DNA of 64,000 nucleotides from Phoronis australis (Eukaryota > Animalia > Phoronida): contig NMRA01000450.1 of assembly GCA_002633005.1 (NCBI GenBank), forward strand, positions 164,876-228,875, in the 5' to 3' direction. Shown one piece after another: positions 24,219 to 37,769 of this stretch. The notes below the pieces were generated by a model, which had not been told where the DNA came from, did not search any database, and was given only the letters and a program-made list of their open reading frames with translations. How positions within the stretch are numbered: position 1 is the first letter of the stretch; each line of letters opens with the position of its first letter. A program made the position numbers and the translations under genes.

Positions 24219-27200
24219 GAGTGACTCCATATAAAAACCAACAGGTAGAGTCTATACCCAAAATCACCGATTTTTTGGAAACTTAGCACATGAGTTTGGT
24301 TTGTTGAGAAGTAGAAAAACCTCACTTTTTAAGAATTTTCATTCATTATTTTTCTTTTTATGACCTGTACCTCCATTTTGCAACAAAATTGGGCGTCGAA
24401 GTAGGCATGTTTGAATGCATTTTACTAGCATGTATGATACGGTCAAAACAAATGAATAATACCAATTGAAAGGGCAATGGCTGAATAATTTAATGGCATA
24501 ACTTTCAAAATCCATTTTTAAATTGATACGTTTTGAATTTGTGAGGCAAAAACGGCTATTTTTCAGGTTTTCACTGAAGCCATTTTCGGCCACATTTGGC
24601 ACTCTGTAGCAGCCATAACGCACCTTTCCTGAAAATGAATTTATAATAATTTGTTTATTCATTCCTAACCTGTTCATAATCTAAAATAAAAAATCTTGCC
24701 TCTAATGTAGTTTTTGCATACGAAGCATTATACGAACTGCACTTCGTCCTTTTGCATGTTCTCAGTTGCCTCTGCTTCCAATAGGGGGCTCTTGGAACAT
24801 ATAATTAGCTTGCGAAACACGACATGAAAACTTTGTATTTTGGAGAAAAGGCAGACAGCATTATTAATTACCATTCTATGAATCCGGCATTGATGATTAA
24901 TACTTATTACAAAAATGTGTACGTAAATCAACTGGCATGCGTGCTTCTAAATGATAGATGGCGCTGCTTTTGTTTACGTGGAGACTGAAGACGCATCTAG
25001 ATTAAGAGCAGTAACACGAAGACCTTGCTATAATTCAGAGATGTTGCCGTGTATTTTAAATGAGAACACGTGGTTTTGGATAAATTTTAGAGAGGTTCTA
25101 GTGTTACTGAACTCACCCCTGCCTTGTTTTCTATCTGCCTTGTTCGTGCCACAGGCAAAGGAAGGCACCCAAGGTGGATATGCCCCGGCCCGGCCCTAGT
25201 TTTCAGTGCAAAAAATCCTTCAACTTGTCAATAGTCATTGTAACTTTGGGTTCATATTGCTGGTTGCTACAAATTTTAGTCGCCACCAGTCACCAGAAAT
25301 CTGGTGTTCCCCCCACACACACCGGGCACCCTAACGCTGAATATTTCTACCAGTGTGATCATCAGTGGTATAAAAAGGTACACATTCACAGTCAATAGAA
25401 AATAATTCGCGAAAGACAATTATATTAATGACTACTTCATGACAGACATGAAGTAAACAGAAGTAACGGTCTCGACTTCATAAATCACACATTTTTGACT
25501 GGTATGCTACAAAACTAGGCTAAACGTTGAGCTCATTTACCACTTCATTCAGTAAATCTGACGACATAACAGCATCTTCAGCAGAAATAGCATCGTCATA
25601 AACATTGCAGCAGACAACCTCAAAAAATCCACCAATCTGCGATTCACTTAACATCACAGGTAAACACTTTCACAGTGGGTTCTCGTAATGTTTTCTCCAT
25701 TTTGGCACTTCCGAGGGTGAAAGTTTTTACCTGACTTTCTCCTTCATCGAATATGTTCGTCAGAAAGTTCTTAACCTTTGATGAAAATCTTGTTGACCTT
25801 TTACCTTTTTTCAATGCCTAAGCTATTGCTTCAGCATTCGTCTCATCCATATTGTACTCTGAGGCTGCCTCAAATGACGCTCCGGTTCTTGCATCTAAAA
25901 GCATTTCTGACGACTGTCGTGCAATGTGGTCATACGTGTTCAGTGTTGTTACCCACATCCAAATGCCGACCTAGTTCTGCGTCTAGCAAAAAATTTCGAG
26001 TAACCTTGCTGGGTACAAGGGAACTTTTGTTGAGGCTCTTCACTAGATACAATGCCAACCTTAAGTCTTGGTGTTGAAAATCCGCCATGTCTAGAGATGT
26101 TAGTGTAATTTAGAGAAATAGGTTTCCCATTTTCTCAGTATTTGTAAGAACTTACCGTCATCTACATGGAATGACTTCCACACGCGAATTGCTTGGGTGG
26201 AATAGTGGGAATTTGGGAATGTCCTTATACCAGGAACTGAGTATTTTGGAAAAGACTTTGTTGCATTGACTGAACATGCATACACATAACATCCCTTCAC
26301 ACGACCACTGGAAAGTAGTGCTTCTTTCAAATCCAGAAAGTTTATGATATTATTACTTTCGGCTGCAAAGTACTTTGCATGTTGTTTGAGGGGAGCCGAT
26401 CTTGCGATCACAGAGATCCTTTCCATTTTGACTTTTACTAATGTCATATCTCGAAACAGAAATGCAGGTAGAATTTGACAAGGCTGCTACGTTCAGGAGG
26501 AGAGGAGCAGAGTGGTAACATCCAGCATTACCTGACTCTTCCATGACTGGTCCTGTTCAGTCAGAAACTGATACACCGACTCGGGGTAGTACGAGTCCGT
26601 ACTCTGGCACAGGCCTTGCTTTGTGAAGTAGTTTCTTGTATCTCAAATGTTCAGTGGTTTCTTTGACATAACTCACTAAAGCACAAAGGTTTTTGTGATT
26701 TTTTGAAGAATAAACTTTAAAGGAACATGAAGGCCCATCGACACCGTCCGCCATTTTGTCTTTTTAAAATGCACTTGCTTCTCTCAAAACCAGTTATTAC
26801 AAATATCAATTCTTACTCGTTTAATCTTAAAGGCATTTATTTCCATTCAAAAGTTCTACAGAGTGTTTAAATTAACGTGATTATGTAAAAGAAATGAAAG
26901 AATACGAGAGGGTTACATGAACATTTTTTATAAATCCTCAAGCTTTAAACCTCAACTGACTCCCTCAATGGGCAAAGGTCATCGGGTTCAGTTTCGATAC
27001 TAGCCGCGTAATAAACCCGGAAAACATCTTGTTTTCATTTGAAAGACTTTAGACTTGGTTTCTATAACTATTTAAAGCAGACTTCTTGCCTAAAAGTTTG
27101 TTCAAATGGTCTGTAAACTCTGCTCGTCATTTACAAACTATGAAAATAGACAGTTTTGCAAGACAATTTTCACTAAAGTGCAAAGTTGAGGCAAGATTTT

Positions 27201-27680
27201 TTATTGCTCAGTCATCAAGACTAACTCCTTAACTGTATGTTCAAAACGTCACATAAGGCTACAAGGTGTTTTATGGCAGTAAGAAGGTCACAAAAATGGC
27301 CACTAAAATTAGCCCCAAAAAGTGGTCTGTGGATTATCTCCCCTGTCTAGCACAAAACTGTTAGATTTTAATAAATGGCACAGAATTATGGACAGTATAC
27401 GTTGATTATTTCAGCCACCAAAATATAGCTTTCGATCTATTTTGTATGTTACTCATTTTTGTTGCTGAAAACATGCGATTTTTGAGACAGCTAATTTTCC
27501 CAATTGTGCCAATTTGTGTTATCATGCTCCAGCGGCGAAATTAGGGGTCATTGAGTGCACAAAATTTGGAATTTGAGTTTTTGTTAGGATACCTACCCAT
27601 GTACAAAAAATGAAGTTGTTTTAAATTTTGACGTATAGACTGATTTTTGAAAATCTACTGGTTTTTATATGGACTGCCTC
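24219..27680 (-). mobile_element. Defective Sola3-like DNA transposon
   Basis: TTAA TSD, GAG…CTC termini, and TIR core TCCATATAAAAACCA with long imperfect inverted similarity. The transposase remnant reads SGNAGCYHS…RYDISKSQNGKDLCDRKI (26350-26545). Confidence 0.7.
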
Positions 27681-30398
27681 TTAATATATGATGTCCTTCT
27701 TTTTTCTCTTCTGTGTTTTGTCTTGACTTGCATATGCGACCCAGGGTCCGTTTCAAGAAATTTAGACCGAAATCGGCCTAACTTAGAGCAAAATATCTTG
27801 GCCGTGTTTCATGAAATTTCTTAAGACCGAATTTAAAGAGACCCGGAACGCGAAAAGCAGACTAAATTGCATTATTCAAAGTGGTTCTCTGCCACTGAAA
27901 CAGTTCAATCTGTTCACCGGGTACTGACTTTTGCAGTTTGTAATTATTTCAAATTTTTGTTGATGTCAAAGCATTTGTCTATTAGTTTCCAATTTTAAAA
28001 AACGATCTGTCATCTGCTCATCAGTTCGTCGATTTTTCTCTCACAAGGCAGAGCGCGTCTCCTTATTTGGCATGGCAAGACATAGACGTAGCACATTTCC
28101 CTTACATGGAAAATGTGATGTTTGACTTTTGATGAAAGCAAAACGACGCCGACTTTAAGCAGCAGCCAATGTGATTAAGAGGTAACTGATGTAAGTTCGG
28201 ACTCTTTAAATTAAATTTAACTTGTTAAATGCATTTATCGTCATTATTTTGACATTTGTCTCTTTATTTTGATATCAATCCTTAGGGTTTATTTTGCATT
28301 ACTCATTTCTATTTATAGCCTCAGGGGCCTACTTTTGTATTCATACATTTCTCTATGCGACACCTGATTGGTCTCCCATATTTCCTTTGTTCAGTTCAAC
28401 GCGGTCTCTCATTCAGCCACCTACCTCCCCGTCTACAAGACCTACGTTCGTTCTCTGCATTTTTTTGGCGTTTTGTCCATGCCCATCTTGCAGAGTCTTA
28501 TTTAGTTTTATCTATTTACGTCATAGTAAATGACATTATTCTCAATCCTCCTCTTGTTTTACTCTGCAACATAGCTCGTGGCGTACCCCGGGCAAAATAG
28601 ATTACGATAAAATAAGTTGTACATGCACTCTAACTATGTATTCAAATATGCGCTTAGAATTATTTTTATTAGGATATCGCTTACTTCACTGGCTTGCCTC
28701 ATACTGTGGTGTGATCCTGATACATCTGGTAGTGTTACCGTAAACAAGAGACATTGAAACACATTTTATGATTGTTACTTTACTAAAGAAACTGTAATCT
28801 AGAAAATAACAATATTCATAAAAAGTGACAATGTTCTTTGAACACCTGTTGCATAGTTGTCACGGTCATCATTCACGAATGGAAAAAACGGAACAGCTGG
28901 CTTGTACAGAGGGACTTCAGGATAAAAAGCGCGACATCTGGGTCTAGGCCAAAACGTAAGGAACACAGGCGTACCGGGAGACGCAACACCCAAAAATCCC
29001 CGACGTCGTTTTTGTTGTTTTTTATAGTTGACTGGGACGTCCCACTTTTTCTTTTTAGTCGAGAGTGAAAATATGGCTAAATCGTGTGGGAAAATAAAAT
29101 TGTATATGATAATTTTTCAATTTGGCCGTGTGTCAAAAAGCGAACATTTAGACTTTGTGGTGGGATGGCGGAAAAATTCAAAAAAGTGGGACAGTCCGCC
29201 AACAGCGGGGCAATTGGCAAATACACTGAGCGCTGACAGCAACACGGGAGCTATTTGGCAGCAAAGTATCAATCGCTTGTACACTGGAAAGGCATCACAG
29301 CCAGTACATTATATAGTTTGAAATATATATAGGTAAATAAAACAACAAGAACGGATCAACTGAAATTTTCGGATATCAATCGTCAACAGAAACAGAAATA
29401 AAGTAAAATCAAACACTATATGACAATTGACATTTAAGATGTGGCGTAATGAAACTGAAGGCAAATTAATGACGTCACGTTAATTGTGTTACGCAGCCAC
29501 TTGAACAGGCCGCGAAATGACATAAATCAACAACTCATGTTTTAGAGCTTGTCGTCCTCAAGAATGGAACTGGGGAGGGTGGCATTGCAACTCAAGGTAA
29601 AACGCAAGTTTTCTTAACTTATGTTTGGATTTGTTGAACCCGCCACTCCCCACCAGAACGGCAAGTTTTACCTACTCCACGTTACAATGTTTGAGATCCC
29701 ATACCGTTTGCGGACGGCGATTCCTAAATTTTAAACGTTAATGCCAACGAATTATTTTTAGTAATAGCTTATTTTAAAGCGTTCCTACATAGGCGGATTT
29801 AGGGGGGCAGGGGGATCGCCTCCCCCCCCCCTTGGCTGCTGCAACCAAAAAACACAGCGTGAAGCGTGAGAAAATATTGAGTAAGCAACTAGGACGCGGA
29901 CAAGTGGGTGCTCCAGATTGTGGCGTCGGGTTTTTTTGTTTTTTTTTCAGTTCATCGGTAGATTTTTCGAACAGGGTTCTCCCGTAACTTCGGGGCTGTT
30001 CTGCACATACAATGGCAAGACAACATGTTGCCCACNACATGTTGCCCACCCCCCCCCCCCTTATGGTATCCTAGAACCACCAATGTCCTACAATGGATTT
30101 TTGCATTTTTTGAGGTTTTAGAACAGTCTATGATAATTTTATAAGACAAAATCTACCTGAAAAAGCACTCATTTTGGAAAGTAAACGAGGAAGTTTTAAT
30201 TTTAAAGAAAAATTGATTTTTTGGTTTCCGGCCACATGGAAGACGTTGTTCAGTTGACAGTAGTGATTTTGTAGGTTATGAAAACTAAGACAGCGAGCTT
30301 CGGGAGAATTATGAAGACAGGTATGGGTTGAGGGTGAAGACGACACTCAGCTGAAATAATGAGTTGGACATCGCCTTATCAGCAGACTACGTGTTTAA

Positions 30399-32048
30399 AG
30401 GCGAAGGCAACCTTTTTCCTTGTCATTTTTAGCTAAAATAAGGTTGGTTGGTTATCCTAGACATATTTTCCACTTAATTACAGCTTTTCGTAATTTTATT
30501 AATTACTCGTCCGCTACTCCGGAAGTGACGTTTTAGGAGGCAAGCGTTTCCCGCCACTTGGTTTTGCGTTGACTTTACCGTGCGTTCTATTCTACTTTTG
30601 TTTTATGCTGTTTTTCAACCACTTTCCATCGGCGAGTATTCTGCGGCAAGATAGGTTAGTAGCGAACTCGACTAAGTTGGATTTAGGGATTGTTTATTGT
30701 GTTGTAAACTGAAAATGGCTGGAGTCGGTGACCCGTATCAATGCGACAGTAGTGTGAGTGACGGAGACCTTGTTCACAGCAGTGGTGACGAGGATTTTTT
30801 TCACGGACATTCAGTGGGGGGTACATGTTTGAGCCCGAGTATAACGAGGCAGAGTAAGCACAGGCACAGGCAGTTGTTGAGTGACGTGGTGACACATCTT
30901 GGTGCAAATGCACTGTGTGCGTTATTATGCCTACCTCAATGGAATGCTTGTGCTAATCAGAGTTCGACGAGGCCAAGCCACTACTGGACATGGTTAAGTG
31001 GACCTCCGGCATACCACGGACAGAGGAACAACTGTCCCACTTGCCAGAGTGTCTCGCGACACACTCCCACTGGATGGTGACTTGAGCACCCAAACTGCTT
31101 ACATCGTGTCGTGTGACTCCCCGCCACACACCTGGCACCTTCTAAATAGCTCCAACACTTTAGAGAAGTCCACAATAAACTTATCAAAGTTTGGCTCACC
31201 GATCTGTTCACTGGACGACGAACTGTCCTCTTCACTGGGTGTCGAACTGAGCCTGTAATCACTCCCACTACTCAATATCGCTGCAGGGCTGCTTAGAGGC
31301 TCTGGGCTGGAGAAAACAGCACAGGGCGAATCACTACTGGTTCCAGGAATTGCACGCTCTGGGGTACGTTCGGAGGCACGGGTGACAGTAGATGAAGTGC
31401 ATCCACTGGCTCCAGTCACTGTACTGGCCACAGCTCGCGAGGCTTCTCGCTTCATAAACGCACTTCTCGGGGGTGGCGACGGGCACTGCCGGGAATCAAC
31501 AGACGGAATGGCATCCTTCTTCAGACGTTGATTCGCAGGGACCTTTATCAGTTCAGTGTACAAATCCCTTTCGTAATCTGACGGCAGAAAGTGCTTGCCA
31601 CACACACACACGGTAATTCTCCACTGATTTGTACGTTGCGTGGACGGGTAACGCTGTGTTCTTCACACGAACGAGCCAAATACGGCGAAGTGTGTCATCC
31701 ATCGGAAAGCGATGCAAAGGTACTCCCAAAGCGCGCATGAGCCGATAATTAGTACATCCTGGTACGCAGCAACAGTGTGGCATGTTGACTGTCTAGTAAA
31801 TGAAAGCAAACGATGACGGAACTTAACACATCCGAGGTAGAAGAATGACTGACTCGGCAGCTCTCACAGTCAGACTATATGAAAAGAAATTGGCGCGAAA
31901 TGCTTTCCTCCTGAAACGTCACTTCCGGAGTAGCGGACGCATAATTAATAAAATAACGAATAGCTGTAATTAAGTGGAAAATATGTCTAAGATAACCAAC
32001 CAACCTTATTTTAGCTCAAAATGACATGGAAAAAGGTTGCCTTCGCCT
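30399..32048. mobile_element. Internally deleted Kolobok transposon with ~160-bp TIRs, THAP transposase N-terminus (-) and KolX (+)
   Basis: TTAA TSD, AGGCGAAGGCAACC termini. The - strand reads MPHCCCVPGCTN…LHRFP…W…VCGKHF…RLKKDAIPS, with a frameshift in the (GT)n run near 31605. The + strand reads WCKCTVCVIMPTSMECLC*. Confidence 0.85.
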
Positions 32049-32279
32049 TTAATGCAGATTGACTCCCAGGTTACAGATTCCCAATCATTTACATGATTCA
32101 TGTTTGCTTGTTCAAATGGCCTTAACGAAGAAAGTGGTGTCGAAGAATGTGACAGTAACGACGACTATAACAACAACGACACGGACGACGATTACGGTGA
32201 CGAGGAGGGTGATAGTTAAGTTGATTATAAAATCGGTTGTGTAACCCTTTGTAGATATGTCCCCTATTTGACTGACAAC

Positions 32280-33764
32280 ATGGCGACCAATAGAAGGGTA
32301 ACAGAACCAACCAATGCATCGAGTGACGATGAGGAAAGCAGTTCGGATGAAAGTGATACGCGCAGCGCCTCCGGAAATGAAGTGCACAGCAAAAGGGTTG
32401 GTTTGTGCAAGCAGGCACTTGCCAGCAACCTGCCAAAGATTAAAACAAAAATGAATAAGTTGTTCGGAAGACGGAGGAAAAGTCCGATGCTGGCTAACGC
32501 AAGAACTGGGTCACAGTCGAGCCATAAAGAAGTGAACAGAAATGATAACAAACCGTCTCCGACAAATACAAGAAACCCGAAGGATGTTTCCTCGACCTCC
32601 ATTCACTCTGAGCCAGAAAGAATTGCACACGACGACAAATCTCGAATTCGAGAATTTGCAACTGAAAAGTTACAGCGTCTTAGAGATTTGTTATCAGTTG
32701 GTAAAAAGGACATGTCAAACTTAGCACTACCACCTAGCCCAGATGTTTCAAGGTTTTCTGATCCAGGACCTGGAGCAGCAACAAGAAACATTCATGGTGA
32801 GAGTAGCGTTGATTCGGTGAAAAAATGGCAAGAAATGAGGACATCCGACCTAACAAAACATGTATTTTCTCGTAAAAAAACTAAATATAAATCATCTTTA
32901 GACGCGTTGCCCGAATATTCTGATCCTGAAGAAACAGACGGAAAAGGTGGAGCAGTCGCAGAACAGACAGACAAGAAATGGCATCAAGTGAACTATGACC
33001 ATTTAAAGAAGACCCTAAAAGACTGGAAACGAAATGTTTCTAAGACCATAGAATCAGCAAATGACCATTTCTCAATTCAAATTGATCCTGATCAGTTACA
33101 TGACCGTGGACACTCAGATAATGGAGACCAAGATCAAACAGGTCGAAACATTCTGTTTGGCAGTGAAAAGAAAAATACTCGAAAAGGAGGAGAATTGAAG
33201 TACGATGTTTTTAAACTCGCCTCCCAGTTTCTTATTGAGGACAAAAGGTTGATTGTTTTGTCAGGAATGTTAGTTTGTACATTACTGTCTATTTGCCTTT
33301 TTCTTGTCACTTATTTGACTTCGGGAAGCACGTGGGCGGGATGGTTGGCCTTTGGGATGACATTTTGTTTTACGATGATAGGATATATCATTTCTCAATC
33401 TGCACGCTGTGTGCTTTTATTGGCATTGCCAGCATTCTGTGGCGCTAGAGGTCGCTCTGTGCTGTGGTGCGTCATTCTCGGCTTACTCGTACGAGGTCCA
33501 GTCAAGAACATGGTTTCAAACGTTGGTGAAATTGCACGAACAATGGGTTGCCAAGCAAAACAACTGTATGACCAGACGGAAGAATTCCGAAAGGTTATAA
33601 AGCAACCGTTTCTAGATTTTGCAGACCGCATGTCTCTTGGTATTGACCGTATGAAAGCGATTGGTCGTAAGGTAGAAGAGGCCAAGAAACCGATAGATAA
33701 CGTCATGAGCGACATTTATGAAGGCATGAAAAATGCTAAGGACAGAATGTCCGCATTTTCCGCG
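32280..33764 (+). CDS. DC-STAMP-domain paralog B, exon 1 (long charged N-terminal tail + TM region)
   Basis: ATG in aacATGG context, 495 codons. Contains LLLALPAFCGARGRSVLWCVILGLLVRGPVKNMVSNVGEIARTMGCQ. Donor GCG|GTGAGT. Confidence 0.9.
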
Positions 33765-35252
33765 GTGAGTTACTTGTAACAAAGTCACCAAATAGCTACT
33801 GAAATTCACAGGATATAAATTCTTAAATTATAGAAATTGTACGATTATTCGGAATGAATACTACATTGTCTACAAGTAAGGCATACCAATGTGTCAGTGA
33901 GACCGTTACCTTTGGCTAAGCGTTGATGCGATGTTAAGTATTTAAACCGCAATGACCGTGTGCAACATTGAATCAAAAAATTCGACGCCTACCGAGTGAA
34001 CTAGGTGTTTCACGGTAGTTGTGATATTAATTAAACAGCACTCAATATACCTTAAAGCGATTCAATTGATGTAGATGTGAAAACCATTACAATCCACATA
34101 ATGCTTCAACATGAATGTCTGATTGTTAGGGGTGGTTTTCATTTTTAGGACTTCCGCTACCAGATGTACTGTGCTGAATGGTGCCTCCTCGACCTATTGT
34201 TTTTGCATAACCAGTTTGTGCTAGTCAGTGTAACGTGGTAGTCAGAGTTTTTGCTAGTTTTAGGCCAGAAAACCCCAGCCGTTTTCTATTCTGTTCCACA
34301 AGGTGCACAAAACTGGAAAACATGATCAACAGGCTGGGCAAAAAAACAAAAACTTTGCTCAAAATCCAACCAAACTGATTCCAATGTGAATTTTTTTGTC
34401 TTTTATGACTACTACAAAGTAAGCTATTTCAAAATGAGCAAAATTACTCAGCAATTTTCAACGCCAAAGCCACCATTAGCATGTAATTACTGTATATGAA
34501 CTGTTTGATAGTAAAAATGGAATCCATTCAGGGCGAGGACCGATTTCATGAGAATAAATGTCTCAATTCGACTTTTACAGTCAACAAAACAGAACGTGGT
34601 GCAGCTTCGTGGTTTGGCTCACTGTGCAATTCTCGTATTTAGGGGCTGACCCAAGACTTTGCGTTGGGGCTTTGAGTTGGGGAGGGGGCAGGATTTTGTC
34701 CCTAAGAAATTCGCAAACTCTACATGTATCTGTCAAATGGAATCTGGGAGAATTTCAGGGGAGGCATGGCCCCCCTTGCCCCCCTCTAAATCCTCCAGTG
34801 TATTTCATGACCTCACCAGTAACGTTGTTAAGAATTTCGATTACTCATCTAGTGTATTACTTCTATGATAAATTAATAGCAGTCGTATTCGTCTATGTTT
34901 TGTGGTACGCAAAAGTGGGTATTTAAAAGGATTGATGAATAAAAAAACTTTAAAGTTTCAGCTTAATTCACGGCGTCGTTTTCGGGAACTCGTGTTCCTA
35001 ATTTCAAATTAAGTCGATTTGCAGAAGACGAGAAAAAGCCGCAAGCGTTACAAGTAGTAAAAATATGAAAGTTTCGATTAATTATTGGGTGAAAACTTAT
35101 TTTTGATTGATATAATCTTTACATGCACCACGGACGCAACTGTCACACCGCACGTCCTCCCAAGGAACAGATAACTTTTCACTCTGTGGTTGATGAGTTC
35201 ATGTTCTTAGATTTTTTCTACGAGTCACTGTATCGCTGCTTTGTTCTCGCAG

Positions 35253-35467
35253 GATTGTGAGGGAAGTTTAAGTTCATCCCAGATGGATTGTAAAAATGGA
35301 ATAATGTCGGGCCACCGTGACTGTATGAAAGGAGCCAACGCCTTTGTTAAAGGCCTTGAGGATTTTGGAACAGATGTGGCGAACACCTTTAAAGATATTG
35401 GAAATTTCTTTGAAAGCCTCTTTGGAAAACGAAGAAAAAGACGTTCAAGTGACATTTCTAGACATAG
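35253..35467 (+). CDS. DC-STAMP-domain paralog B, exon 2
   Basis: Acceptor ttctcgcag. Reads DCEGSLSSSQMDCKNGIMSGHRDCMKG...FFESLFGKRRKRRSSDISRH. 215 nt, donor AG|GTACGT (phase 2). Confidence 0.88.
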
Positions 35468-36754
35468 GTACGTCCAAAAATTAATCTCAGTCTATTATGT
35501 TAATATAATGATAGCACTCCTATACCAGGAGCAAACACACCTCTTCACAATTGTGGTCTCACTCTCTACGAGCTTTCCTTCTGCACAGGGATACAGGAAG
35601 GAATACACTGGCTTAACACTGCATGACTTATATAACGTAGATATTGCATGCCTTACTGGGTGAGTAAAATCATGATTGATTCAAAATATATATAACAGTT
35701 AAATACCGTATGGGGGAATAATGGTGTTTTCTGGTGAAATGCTAATTTGACGTTTTCCCAGGAAAGACATTAATTTGACGAAAATCGTATTTGCCTAGAG
35801 GGCCGGTCTCACCTGGACTATGAAAAAAATCGAGCGAAAAACTCCGCGACAGGCTGTTTTAGGATTGAGTGCAACTCTGCGACAGCCTCAAAAGGTCAAC
35901 TTTTGGGTCACCGACTCGGATATTCAGGAAAACTCTGTGTGTTTGCACCAGACATGTTGTCAATGTTCATTTTAAAATTTTCGGGTCGAGCATTTTTAGT
36001 TACAGCAATATGAATATGTCGCCCCCAGGTTCATGATTTTAAACACCAATAACGCAATAAGGAATATAAAATACCCATGCCAAGATATCGTTTCAGTAAC
36101 CAGCGACATCCACGCGACGGCCGTAAGCACGTTGCATGGATATCGTACATCAGTCGGTTACTTCCGATAAATGGCTGACATTATCTTTATTATATCAAAG
36201 AAAGAACAAATTGAACAACGGATACGCCAATCTACCTATCTTTATGCGACTAGAAAATATGCAGTTTAAGTTCGGTAAACGTTGCTAGTTTTTGTAGTCG
36301 ATTTTTGACCAACATTGACGTGCTTTAGAGTTCACTTTCCGGGCTCTGTAATATATTATTATAGTTAATTTATTAGAATCACACATGTACAGAGAAATAA
36401 AAGAAAAACATAAAACACAAGACAAAAATAGAGGTACAGGTGCAAGATACGGATAACATAAAAAGTCAAAGTCTTATTTCCCGCGCATCGAAACAGTGAA
36501 TCGTCACGAAATTTAAGCATCTTTGTTTTTTATTTTTGCCTTGACGTTACCTTTCTCATTTAATTCAACACATAGTTCAGTATAAATTTACTCATTTTTG
36601 TACCATTTTTAAGTTGGTTTCTGTGACTTCTGATAAGGTTTTAGCAGTTTTATAGAACGGCTTTCCAGGGGTCATTTATAAGCACCCATGATAAAATATG
36701 TATGGTTCAGATGTTTTCTCTCTCTCTCTTTTCCATCTCAATGTGCACTTAAAG

Positions 36755-37769
36755 TCGTTTAAGAAGAACAACATTTGGTGACGTCGTATGTGCCTTGGCG
36801 AAAGTGGAGGGAATTTGTGACATCATAGAATTTCCGAAGTTAGCTTGCACTATACCTGGGGAATTGTCCGGTGTATTTGGCTTTGCTGAGAAGTATGTAA
36901 ACCAAGTCGAAGAGCGGATCCGCGAAGAATTTGATTTTAATTTAAAGTCGTCTGTGTCCAACGTTTTTCAATCAAACATGACTGAATCGCTAAGAGACAT
37001 GAAAGATAATGTTCAACAGAAGTTAGGCACTGTGATGTCGAGTATAAAGCTCTTCCTCAACATTTTTAGCAAGCTTTGCACCGTGTCTGTGTTCTTGGTT
37101 CTCTTCAAGGCATACATGTACCGCCGGAAGTACTTGAAACAACTAGATTTCGATAACAAATACCTCAGTGCAAAGCTGGAGGAATTGGATGAAAAGCTTG
37201 TACAATCAGGAGACAGGCCAGTATTTCCACTTACTGCTAAGCAGAGGAAAAACTATGTTTACACAACATCTAAGCGACTCACGAGTGAGGAGAAAACCTT
37301 CTTTATAAAAGGAGCAAGAGTTTTTATAGTAAAGTTAGTTATTGGTGGAGTCGTATTTTTGTTGGACTACGGACTTTCTTGGTACCTCTCCATACTCCGC
37401 GAACAAGGAGAGGGCGCTGCTTTGGAATCCGTTGGCGAAAGCGTGGTGAAATTTGAGGTAGTGGGTGGTAACGGAGTAATGCCACAAGCGCTACGTGGCT
37501 TGACAGACAGTCTTAATGGTGCATCAATGGCCCACAATAAAACGATCTCCATGGAGACCTGCTTCCCTCGACCAAAGAGCACAGATACATCTCTTATTCT
37601 TCTGGTAGCGTACACTTACATTATGTTCATTCTGTTCATATTGGTACAAGCGTATGGATTGCGTATTTGTCATAAGATAATGGAAGTTTTTCATCCACAT
37701 CTTCAACAGGACAGGCTGGAAAACTTACACAACAAACTAAAGGTTGAAAAGTATGGAGACGACATATAA
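36755..37769 (+). CDS. DC-STAMP-domain paralog B, exon 3 (DC_STAMP core)
   Basis: Pyrimidine tract then AAG| acceptor. Reads (S)RLRRTTFGDVVCALAK...YRRKYLKQLDFDNKYL...CFPRP...QAYGLRICHKIMEVFHP...stop. Confidence 0.9.

Noticed and set aside
31099-31783. Host THAP-domain transcription factor gene
   Set aside because: It is frameshifted, truncated and enclosed by Kolobok TIRs and a TTAA TSD.
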